A stretch of DNA of 64,000 nt from an uncultured Holophagales bacterium (GTDB taxonomy: Bacteria > Acidobacteriota > Thermoanaerobaculia > Multivoradales > UBA5704), in assembly GCA_963842525.1 (NCBI GenBank), contig CAWJGT010000009.1, forward strand, positions 1,568,001-1,632,000. The letters are read 5' to 3'. Below, one piece after another: positions 26,001 to 34,900 of this stretch. The notes below the pieces were generated by a model, which was not told the origin of the DNA, searched no databases, and worked only from the letters and a program-made list of their open reading frames with translations. Each line of letters starts with the position of its first letter. Positions within the stretch are counted from its first letter, which is position 1. The position numbers and the translations under genes were made by a program.

Positions 26001-27848
26001 GAGGAATTGCCGGAGCCGATGATCCCTGCAGCCTTCGTGGTTGTGGAGAGTCTCCCGCTGACGCGCAGCGGCAAGATCGATCGCCGGGCGCTGCCAGCAC
26101 CCTCTTGGGATCGATCCGGTATTGGAGAGGAGCTCACAGCGCCTCTCACCCCCGCAGAGGAGATCATCACCGGCATCTGGAGCGAGGTCCTGGGGATCGA
26201 GCGGCTGGGTGTCAACGACAACTTCTTTGACCTCGGAGGGCATTCCCTGCTGGCAACGAGGGTGATCTCCAGAATCCAGGATGTCTTTGGCGTCCCAGTG
26301 CCGCTGCGACTGCTTTTCGAGCGTCCAACGATCGCGGGGCTCGCGGTGGGAGTAGAAGCGGCGAAGCTGGCCGGCCTGGGATTGCAGGGTTCCCGGATCG
26401 AGCGCGCTCCCCGCACGGGTGCTCTGCCTCTCTCGTTCGCCCAGCAACGGCTTTGGTTCATAGATCAACTGGATCCCGGCAGCACTGCCTACAACCTCGC
26501 TGCGGCCGTGCGGCTGACCGGCATTCTTTCCCACCCAGCGCTGGAGAGAAGCTTCAAGGAGGTCCTGCGCCGGCACGAGGCCCTGCGGACGACTTTCGCG
26601 GAGAAGGAGGGCCGTCCGGTGCAGGTCATCGCGCCGCCTTCCCCGCGGACCCTGTCGGTCGTCGATCTGGAGAGCCTCTCTGGGATACAGCGAGATAGGG
26701 AGGTCCTTCGGATCGCCGAGGAAGCAGCCCGAGCGCCGTTCAACTTGAGCCGCGGTCCGCTCTTGAGGATCCTGCTGGTGAGGTCGACTGCACAGACGCA
26801 CGTCCTGACGCTGATTCTGCATCACATCGTCGCCGACGCCTGGTCGATGGGCATCCTCGTGCGCGAGATCGACACTCTTTATAGGGCCTTCCTCCACGGC
26901 CGCCCATCACCCTTGAACGAGCTCCCGATCCAGTACGCAGACTTTTCCTGCTGGCAAAGGGACTGGCTCCAGGGAGAGGTCCTGGAGACACATCTCGCGT
27001 ACTGGCGGCTGCGGCTAACCGGTGCGCCGTTGCTTCTGCTACCGACGGACCGTCCACGGCCGGCTGCCGACCCGCAGAAGGGGGGGCGCCGTTCTTTCTT
27101 TATGGAAGCGGAGCTGACCAGGTCCCTCAAACAGATCAGTCGCGCCGAAGGCGTAACGTTGTTCATGACCTTGCTTGCAGCATTCCAAAGCCTGCTCTGC
27201 TTCGCCGCAGGACAGGATGACGTGGTCGTTGGAGCAGACATCGCGAACCGCAACCGCCGTGAGACGGAAGGCCTGATCGGGTTTTTCGTCAACATGTTGG
27301 TGATGCGGGCCGATCTCGCGGGGAACCCCACTTTTCGCCAGCTGCTGCGGCGAGTGCGAGAGACGGCGCTTGGCGCTTTTGCGCACCAGGATCTACCGTT
27401 TGAGCGGGTGGTCGAGGAGCTGCGGCGAGAACGAACAGCACCGCAGCCATTTCAAGTTGTATTCAACTTCGACAACACCGCCGCGATCGCGGCGGCGGAC
27501 GATCGGCCCGTGGGTGATCTATCGATAGAGACGATAGACCTGGGAGGGACAGCCGTCAGGTTCGAGCTGGCTTTGGCGATGAGAGAGCACGCCAGCGGCC
27601 TGCGGGCCAGCTGGCTGTACAGTACAGATCTATTCGACGAGCTGACCGTCGACCGGATGCAGGCGCGGTTCGAGTCGATGCTCCGCTGCGTCGTCGCCAA
27701 TCCGGAAGTGCGCCTCAAGCAGCTCGAGCTGTCGAGCAGGTTGGAGCACGACGGCCGGGACCTGCAAGGTCGCGAGCGTGAGGAGCGTAAAAAAATGTTG
27801 CGGAGCGTAAAACCGAGAGCGATGCAGGTTGGACTCGATCTGGCATGA
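19995..27848 (+). CDS. NRPS C-A(Gly)-T-C-A(Pro)-T-C
   Basis: ATG at 19995 overlaps the upstream stop (ATGAGTGA); N-terminal docking-like helix MSELQRRIAKLSRDKKALL; codes DILQLGLVWK (Gly) and DVQFAAHVAK (Pro); terminal C has HHIVADAW. Confidence 0.94.
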   Translation: MSELQRRIAKLSRDKKALLVLRNPLSFAQRRLWFLEQLEPGNASYNVPAALRFSGPLDVGVLRRSMAAVVARHAILRTSFPSFDGQPFQMVSPPSEILLPLVSLEMLPPDLQESEARCIAEREARRTFDLSEGPLLRASLLRLATEEHIFLLNLHHIICDGWSREVLVREVAELYDASSAGRQPHLPEVPIQYVDYARWQYSWLKGEQARIQLAYWRHRLEGCPPLLDLPTNRPRKATPSHQGRETHRRLPECIRDDLDRLKREERATIFIACLAVFKILLYRLSGQRDIAVGTPVTNRTWLETEGLVGLFLNMLVLRTEIQTSCTFRQLLARVREETLEAYDHQDLPFELLVDELRPERNLGAHPLFQVMFTEVEFRPAQASRIGLRIEPLVLERRAAKYDLSLGIGVWSDGIGINAEWRTELFDVATVIRLLGHFETLLTSAVANPDRLVNELPILTEGERWHLIGEWNDTIIDQPSKCIHHLFEQSAAEAGDRIALLFENHCLTFSQLDCLANCVAARLLELGLGTEAPVGLYLERSPEMVIGMLGVLKAGGSYVPLDPSFPEDRLAFMAQDAGVEILMTGPEPPGGLKQWAVHTIHICAEEILTAQAPFRARAERVLPENVAYVLYTSGSTGRPKGVRITHRAVVNFLSAMARRPGLTERDVLLGVTTLSFDIAVLEIFLPLVIGARLVLTGRRTLADGPALLRALERSQATVMQGTPATWRLLLASGWQGDGRLKVLCGGEALSPDLADALLHAGGSLWNLYGPTETTVWSVTGEVTAAGAPIPIGRPIANTKIYVLASRLAPAALGAAGDLYIGGDGLARDYIGRADLTADSLIPDPWSASPGARLYRTGDRVRYFSDGRLEFLGRNDQQIKLRGHRIELGEVETILARHPAVAQTAVALRRDASGESCLVAYVVASGGDSPAAGELQRFLRAKLPLYMVPAVFMILDRLPLTPNGKVNRRALPDPDELRKAGRQFAPAQTLVQQKIVDVWEEVLKLPGIGIADNFFELGGHSILATQVMARLRSSFGIEVPLRDLFEAPTVAEVSERIEAALRGRIGLQVPTIVKLPNRDRIPLSFAQQRLWFLDQLEPGSSVYNMSVAVQLQGSLDVSVLERTLAEIMRRHETLRTTFSLAGQEPVQVIALQARPAVSVIDLRNLESARCQALTQRIVRSSATAPFDLSRLPLLRVSLLLLAEHDHIILLTLHHIISDGWSLGLLIREMAAIYGAFSRQAPSPLPELPVQYADYTFWQRGWLQGETLEVLLNYWRNQLSTGISPIELPTDRPRPQIQSYRGARRSFNIAVPQSLRSLIRKSEVTLFALLMAVLHVLLRRYCGRTTVTVGFPVANRSHVEIEKLIGFFANTLALRTEITDHLKFSEFLQRVSETVLGALAHQDMPFEKLVDALGPERALDQNPIFQVMLALQNVPLPTLEISKLSVRPVGLESGVSRFDWLLFMEEREGSLLGSFEYCTDLFDAVTIARTVGHIESLLGRVAVDPEQRIDDIPMLTRNESHQTLLEWNDPGFSRSPWQDIPQLFESQTEMSPDTVAVRWEGDTLTYRELNARSNALARRLRALGVGPDVLVAVHLESCLALSVALLAILKAGGAYLPLDPSHPKQRLAFLLEDAGVGLIIAARGPAEEPRVQGIPALYMAENGQDGWESERNLTPVAESQNLAYVIYTSGSTGRPKGVAMTRGALGNLLSWQLRQSRPAPGAGTLQFAATTFDVSAQEIFSTWCAGGTLVLIPEALRRDSSALLGFLAELRIARLFLPVVALQQLAETALREERRLLHLREVAVAGEQLRISAEIRDFFEQIPNCQLQNHYGPTESHVASAFTLLGPPATWSTLPYIGRPITGAAIHLLSPCLQAVPAGVAGELYIGGAGLARGYISRVQLTAERFIPDAFSGEPGSRLYRTGDLARHLPDGNIEFLGRMDDQIKVRGFRVEPGEIEAVLCRHPDVRQAVSMARQRARYGTAIVAYVVAAEGRSPTGHELRRWLKEELPEPMIPAAFVVVESLPLTRSGKIDRRALPAPSWDRSGIGEELTAPLTPAEEIITGIWSEVLGIERLGVNDNFFDLGGHSLLATRVISRIQDVFGVPVPLRLLFERPTIAGLAVGVEAAKLAGLGLQGSRIERAPRTGALPLSFAQQRLWFIDQLDPGSTAYNLAAAVRLTGILSHPALERSFKEVLRRHEALRTTFAEKEGRPVQVIAPPSPRTLSVVDLESLSGIQRDREVLRIAEEAARAPFNLSRGPLLRILLVRSTAQTHVLTLILHHIVADAWSMGILVREIDTLYRAFLHGRPSPLNELPIQYADFSCWQRDWLQGEVLETHLAYWRLRLTGAPLLLLPTDRPRPAADPQKGGRRSFFMEAELTRSLKQISRAEGVTLFMTLLAAFQSLLCFAAGQDDVVVGADIANRNRRETEGLIGFFVNMLVMRADLAGNPTFRQLLRRVRETALGAFAHQDLPFERVVEELRRERTAPQPFQVVFNFDNTAAIAAADDRPVGDLSIETIDLGGTAVRFELALAMREHASGLRASWLYSTDLFDELTVDRMQARFESMLRCVVANPEVRLKQLELSSRLEHDGRDLQGREREERKKMLRSVKPRAMQVGLDLA

Positions 27849-27863
27849 CCGAGGCTACTCAAA

Positions 27864-28889
27864 ATGTCTGAAAAATTGAGCGACAGATTCAATCGGACCA
27901 TTGGTGCTAAACCCAAGTCCCTGTGGCTTTCCAGTGAGGACCCCGTACGATTCGAGCGACTCCTGCCGGAGCGCGATTTGCCTTTGCTGGCCAAGCCCAA
28001 CATGAGTGACATCGATCTGGCCGCCTGGGCAGCGGCCAGCCGCGGACCCGTCGCCGAGCGGCTCACGCGGGCGGGTGGCATCCTATTTCGTGGTTTCAGT
28101 ATCCGCTCTGTCGAAGAATTCGAGCGGTTGTGCAGGGCCGTGTCCCCCGTGCTAATGGACTATAGCGAGAGATCGACGCCGCGCAGTGAGGTCAGCGGCA
28201 AGATCTATACCTCGACCGAGTACCCGGCCGACCAGAACATCCCATTTCACAACGAGCTCTCCTATGCGCAGCGCTGGCCCTTGAAGATCTGGTTTTTCTC
28301 GCTCAAGCCCGCCGCTCAGGGAGGCGAGACCCCGATCGCTGACAGCCGCGCCGTCTTTCGCCGGATTCCCCCCGCGATCAGGGATCGGTTTATCGAGAAA
28401 AATGTGATGTATGTGCGCAACTTTGGCTCGGGACTGGGCTTGAGCTGGCGAGAGGTTTTCCAAACCGAGGAGAAAGCCGTGGTGGAAGATCATTGCCGGA
28501 GAGCTGACATCGAGTTCGAATGGGGGCCAGGAGAGCGGTTGCGAACGAAGGCGATCCGGCCGGCCGTCGCCCAGCATCCTCAGACGGGAGACATCGTGTG
28601 GTTCAACCAGGCGCATTTGCATCATATATCGAGCCTGCCTGCTGCAGAGCGTACCTCCTTGTTGGAGGTCATTTCGCAAGATGAGCTTCCCTTCAATACC
28701 TTTTATGGCGACGGTACGGAGATCGCAGACGAAGACCTGGACGAGATCCGGCAAGCCTACCAGGAGGCCGCGGTGTATTTCCCCTGGGAGGAGGGTGACG
28801 TCTTGATGTTGGACAACATGCTCGTGGCCCACGGCCGGACCTCCTATACGGGACCACGCAAGATCGTGGTGGCGATGGCGGAGGCCTGA
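27864..28889 (+). CDS. Stand-alone SyrP/TauD-family Fe(II)/2-oxoglutarate dioxygenase (aminoacyl-carrier beta-hydroxylase)
   Basis: GGILFRGF, YTSTEYP, FHNELSY, GGETP, WFNQAHL and DNMLVAHGR motifs. Confidence 0.93.
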   Translation: MSEKLSDRFNRTIGAKPKSLWLSSEDPVRFERLLPERDLPLLAKPNMSDIDLAAWAAASRGPVAERLTRAGGILFRGFSIRSVEEFERLCRAVSPVLMDYSERSTPRSEVSGKIYTSTEYPADQNIPFHNELSYAQRWPLKIWFFSLKPAAQGGETPIADSRAVFRRIPPAIRDRFIEKNVMYVRNFGSGLGLSWREVFQTEEKAVVEDHCRRADIEFEWGPGERLRTKAIRPAVAQHPQTGDIVWFNQAHLHHISSLPAAERTSLLEVISQDELPFNTFYGDGTEIADEDLDEIRQAYQEAAVYFPWEEGDVLMLDNMLVAHGRTSYTGPRKIVVAMAEA

Positions 28890-28920
28890 GGAAAAGGTTC
28901 CTGTTCGGAGGCCCCAGCAG

Positions 28921-31900
28921 ATGGAACTACCGCGTCAGCCTCTCGAAGGATTCCGGCTGTCACCGCACCAGAGAGATCTTTGGCTGTGGCAGAGCAGCAG
29001 CCCTGCTACCTTCCGTTCCCAGTGCGCCATCCTGATCGAGGGTGCCGTCGACGTTGTCCGCTTGCGGGCGGCCCTGGGGCAGATCCTGGAGCGGCACGAA
29101 GCCTTACACACCACCTTTCAGCAACCCGTCTGGATGAAAGTTCCGGTACAGGTGATCAACAGAGCTGCGTCGCTCCGACCGGATCTTCAGTGGGGCAATG
29201 GGTCTCTCGACGAAGTGCAGGAGCTTCTCGCTGCGCAACGACGGATCACTTTCGACCTTGCCAGCGGCCCTCTGGTCCGTGTCTCGCTCGTGAGGCTTGG
29301 CAGCCTCGATCACCTGCTGATCCTCTCTCTGCCTTCCCTGTGCGCGGACTCCTGGTCGCTTGCGATCCTGGCCGATGGGATCGTCGACGCCTACCTCGGG
29401 CTGGAAAGGAGCACGGAAGATCCGATCCAGTACCTTCAGTACTCGGAATGGCAGAACAATCTGCTGGAGGAGAATGACAAAGAGTATGAGGAGGGGCGGG
29501 AGTTCTGGCGCCGGAAGATGGCACTGCCGGCTCTGGATCTACCGCTTGAACGAGTGGCGGTATCCGAGCACTGCCCATTGTCGTTGCGCAGGGTCACCGC
29601 GAGGGTGGAGCCGATTCTGACCGAAGCTCTCGCCGGGCTCTGCCGCCGCTCTGACATCACGTTTTCCGAATGTCTGCTCGCCTGCTGGGAGCTGCTGCTG
29701 TTCCGGCTCACCGGACAGTCCAGCATCGTTGTACGTTGCCGGTTCGACGGTAGAGACCTGGAGGAGCTGCACAAGACGGTCGGCCTCTTCTCCAAGTACC
29801 TCCCCGTAGCGGTCGACATCGGTGCCGAGTTTACGCTGCCGGAGCTGTGGCAAGACGTCAAGAGCGCAGTATCGGAGGCCCGGGACCGCCAGGAGTACTT
29901 CACGGAAGGTGGGGCGGAAGAGGAGGGTGATGCCCAGGTCTGGCCCAGCCATCCGATCCTCTTCGAATACGAGAGACGAGAACCGCCCCGAAGGATCGGC
30001 GATTTGCGGCTGTCGGTTTACGAACGATACGACTGCACTTTGCCGTTCCAGTTGAAGCTTGCGGCAATCCACTACGGTGACTGGATTGACCTGGAGTTCC
30101 ATTTTGATTCAGCAGTGTTTGCGCAGGCCACGGTCCAGCGTCTTGCTGCCTCGTTTAGAGCTGCTCTTGATGGTGTGGTCCGCGCTCCCGATCAGCTCGT
30201 CCACGACATCGAGATCCTGAGCGAGGCGGAGCGGCATCTGGTACTCTGCGAGTGGAGCCAGACGGTGAGTGCGTGTTCCCAGGGCTTCTTCCATCATTGC
30301 TTTGAAACACGCGTGCGACAGCACCCGGAAAGGTTCGCCGTCGTATCTGAAACCGCGCAACTCACCTATCGCCAGCTCGATCGACGTGCGAACCAACTCG
30401 CTCAGCATCTGCTGGCGCTCGGAAGCTCGGCCGGACCGACCGGTGGCGCTCTGCCTCGAACGCTCGGTCGAGTTGCTCGTCGCCATCCTGGGCATTCTCA
30501 AGGCTGGTGGGGCATATGTCCCATTGGATCCGTTGCAGCCGGAACGGCGCCTGCGCCTGGTCGTGGAGGATGCGCGCGCGCCGATAGTCGTGACCCAGGA
30601 GAAGCTGCGCGGAAAGTTTGCTGCAATGGACGTGGTCGCTGTTTGCTTGGACACCGACTGGCCGCAGATCGCCACCCGTAGCGCCGAGAAAGCCGAGATC
30701 GAGCTCTTCCCTGAGAACCTCGCCTATATTATTTACACCTCCGGGTCCACGGGAAGGCCGAAGGGAGTCATGATCCGTCACGAGTCCTTGTCGAGCCTGG
30801 GAGAAGCGCTAGAGCAGGCATTGGGCTGCGGGACGGAGTTGCGGCGAGTTGGGGTCAACGCCCCCGTCGTCTTTGATGCGTCGGTCAAGCAACTCCTTCA
30901 GCTCTCGCGAGGCCATACGCTCCATATCGTCCCGGACCAGGTGCGCGGGGACGGTCAGGAGCTGCGGTCCTATCTCGGCGAGCACCGGCTGGATCTCTTC
31001 GACTGCACGCCGTCGCAGCTCCGGCTCATCCTGGACTCCGCCAGCGACCTGGCCGATCTCGCACAGACTTTGTTCCTGATTGGTGGAGAACCGGTCGACA
31101 AATCCCTCTGGAACCGGCTTTCGATCCCGGGCTCTCCCCCAGCGTTCAACGTCTATGGTCCCACGGAGTGCACGGTCGATGTCACCGTGTGCCGTATTCA
31201 GCCGGAGCTGATGGAGCCTGCGATCGGTCGGCCACTCGCGAATGTCGAAGTCTATGTCCTCGATGAGAATCTGAGGCCCGTACCCATCGGAATCCCGGGC
31301 CAGCTCGCCGTCGGTGGGCGAGGCTTGGCACGCGGTTACCTCAGCAGCCCGGAGCTGACGGCCGAGAGGTTTCTACCGCATCCGTTCAGTCCAGGTGTGG
31401 GAGAGCGGCTCTATAAAACCGGCGATCTGGTCCGTCACCTTTCGCACGGGGGAATCGAATTCCTGGGGCGCATCGATCAACAGGTCAAGGTGCGCGGCTA
31501 CCGGGTCGAGCTTGGGGAGATCGAGTCTGTCTTAACCAATCATCCCGGAGTCCAGATGGGGGCGGTGCTTCTGGCGCAGCTTGCCCCGGAAGATCGACGC
31601 CTCGTGGCATATTGGGTTGCTGTGCGCGGCCAAGCCCCTGCTCCCGATGAGCTGCGGGAGCATATGCGCCGGCAGTTGCCCGAGTACATGGTACCGGGCT
31701 TGTTCGTCCAGTTGCCGGGACTGCCCCTGACCCGCAACGGCAAGGTCGACCGGCATGCGCTACCCGCTCCGGTCCTCCAGCAGCAGGAGCGCCACTTTGT
31801 CGCACCCCGGACTCAGACGGAGCAAATGCTGGCGGAGATCTGGGGCGAGGTCCTGAAGCTCGAGCGGGTTGGGGTCGAGGATGATTTCTTCGACCTCGGC

Positions 31901-34900
31901 GGACACTCGCTGCTGGCTACGCAACTGATATCGCGGGTGCGCAAGGTCTTCCGCATAGATCTCCCTCTGCGCGCTCTGTTCGAGGCGCCTCAACTGGACC
32001 ATCTCGCTGGGCGGATTGAGGAGTCGATACGCAGTGGTGCCACGTTGCAGGCACCGCCCATCGAGCCGATCGCGCGCGACGGGGAGCTGCCCCTGTCTTT
32101 CGCCCAACAGCGACTATGGTTTCTGGATCAGCTCCAGCCGGGCAATCCATTCTACAACGTGCCTTTCGTCGTCCGTTTGGCCGGACGGTTGGAGGTGCGC
32201 GCTCTGGAGAGGACGTTGAGTGAGGTCGTGCGCCGGCACGAGGTGCTGCGGACCTGCTTCCCCAGCCAAGGAGGCGAGCCGGTGCAGCGGATTCAAGCTG
32301 CGGAGGCCTGGCGGATCCCGCTGATTGATCTCTCGGGCCTGCCCGCTGCGGTACGGAAAGCCGAAGAGAGGCTCCATGCGTCGGCCGAAGCCAAACGGGC
32401 GTTCGATCTAGCGCGGGGCCCTTTGCTGCGGATGAATCTGCTGCGGTTGGGGGAGGAAGATCATACCGCGATCTTCCTTCAGCACCATATTGTTAGCGAC
32501 GCCTGGTCGACAGGCCTGTTGCTCCGCGAGGTGACGAGCCTCTACGGAGCCTTCAAGGGAGGCTCGATGTCTCCCCTCCCCGAGCTGGACGTTCAATACG
32601 CCGATTTCGCTCGCTGGCAGAGGCAGTGGTTACAGGGGGAGACCATCGCGGAGCAGCTCGCCTACTGGACGAGGCAGTTGGCCGACGCTCCTCCGCGGCT
32701 CGAGCTTCCTACCGATTTCCCGCGGCCTGCCATGCCGAGCTTTCGAGGTGCTACGGAGCGCTTCGAGCTGGCAGAGGATCTGACTGTCGCTCTCCGGCGG
32801 CTCAGCCGCGGCGAAGGAGCGACCTTGTTCATGACGCTGCTGGCGGCTTTCCAGATTTTGCTCTCTCGCTATGCGGGACAGCAAGACGTCAGCGTGGGTA
32901 CTCCGATCGCCGGCCGCAACCGGCTAGAAACGGAGAACCTGATTGGATTCTTCGTCAATACGCTGGTGCTGCGGAGCAATCTTGCGGGCGATCCCGCCTT
33001 CCGCGACTTCCTGGTCCGTGTGAGAGAGGTGGCTCTGGAGGCGCACGCGCATCAAGACCTTCCTTTCGAGAGGCTGGTCGAGGAGCTGCAGCCGGAGCGC
33101 AGCCTGAGCCACATGCCATTGTTCCAGGTGTCGTTCACGCTCCTCAACGCACGTCGGGAAACCTTCAGGCTTGAGGGGCTGGAGATCCTCGGAGAGGAGA
33201 CTGGAAGCGAGACCGCGAAATTCGACCTCAATCTTTCCATGGCCGAGAGCGAGGAAAGGCTGTACGGGCGCTTCGAGTACAGTACCGACCTGTTCAGAGG
33301 CTCCTCGATCCGGCTCATGATCGAGCACCTCCAGAAACTGCTCGGCTCCATCACCGTGGAGCCTGGAGCGCGCATCGGCAGCCTCTCCCTCCTGACCGAG
33401 TCCGAGCGGAGGCAACTCCTCGTCGAACGCAATGCGACTCGCGCCGAGTACCCGAGGGATCGGTGCGTCCATCAGCTCTTCGAGGCCAGGGTGGACATGT
33501 GTGGAGAGGCTACAGCGGTCAGCGCCGGAGACCGGCATCTCAGCTATCTCGAGCTCGACCGTCGAGCCAATCGATTGACGAGCTTCCTACGTGCCAGGGG
33601 AACGCGGCCGGGGATCCGGGTCGGCCTCTACCTCGGGAACTCTCTCGAGACGATCGTCGCCATACTCGGGGTCCTGAAAGCGGGAGCGGCATACGTACCG
33701 CTCGATCCGGCTCATCCGGTCCAACAGACGGGTTTCATGCTGCGAGACTCCGAAGTGCTCCTCCTGCTCACCCAGCAGCGCTGGCTGGACAGGCTCGCGG
33801 CGAGCGGAATCGAGAGCTTCTGCCTGGATACGGAGTGGGAACGGATCGAGCAGGAGAGCCCCGAGAAGCTTACGGTCGACGTCCAGCCCGAATCGCCGGC
33901 TTACGTGATCTACACGTCAGGTTCTACCGGGCAGCCGAAAGGGGTGGAGATCCCGCACCGCGCCTTGACAAATTACGCGTGGTGGGCGAGCGAGGTCTAT
34001 GTTCGGGGCGAGGAGGTAGCTTTTCCCCTCTACTCTTCGCTGTCCTTCGACCTTACTGTCACCTCGGTTTACGCGCCGTTGATCACCGGCAACCGTATCG
34101 TCGTCTGCGGCGGCACGTCTTATGAATCCACAGTCCGCGAGATTCTGCGCGACGGCCAAGTGGATGTGCTCAAGCTGACCCCAAGCCACCTGGCGCTGAT
34201 CAAGGACTTGGACAACCGCGGATCGAGGGTCCGGCGTCTCATCGTAGGTGGGGAAGCGCTGACGACGGAGCTGGCGCGGCGTATCCTGGAGAGCTTCGGA
34301 GGAGAAGTCGAGATCCTGAACGAGTACGGTCCCACCGAGGCGACGGTAGGCTGCATGCTGCACCGCTTCGATCTTCTACGGGACCGGAGGAGCTCGGTGC
34401 CGATCGGCGGACCGGGCGCAAATGTCTACGTCTACATCCTGGATGAGTCACTGTGTCCGGTTGCCGGGAACGTGACAGGCGAGCTGTACATCGCGGGCGA
34501 CGGCCTGGCGCACCGATACTTGAACCGCGAGGAGCTGACGGCGGAGAGGTTCGTCGACAATCCCTTCATCATCGGTGAGAAGATGTACCGCAGCGGCGAT
34601 CTGGCCCGCTGGTTGCCAGAGGGAGGGATCGAGTTCGTCGGCCGCCGTGATCAACAGGTCAAGTTCCATGGCTACCGGATAGAGCTCGACGGCATACGCT
34701 GCGCGCTGAACGAGCATCCTCTGGTCCGGGACAGCGTGGTGACGATCCGGCGTGACGAGGCCGGCCAGGAGTTGCTGGTGGCCTTCTATGTTGCGCGGCA
34801 AGCATTGCGTGCGGAGGAGCTGCGCAGCTTTCTCGCCGAACACCTCATCGCGGAGACGGTGCCCAATCTCTTCGTCTATCTGCGTCGGCTGCCACTCACT

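Noticed and set aside
30415-30430. Programmed ribosomal frameshifting at the frameshift sites
   Set aside because: No slippery heptamer or stimulatory structure is seen, and the breaks fall mid-domain; sequencing error is simpler.
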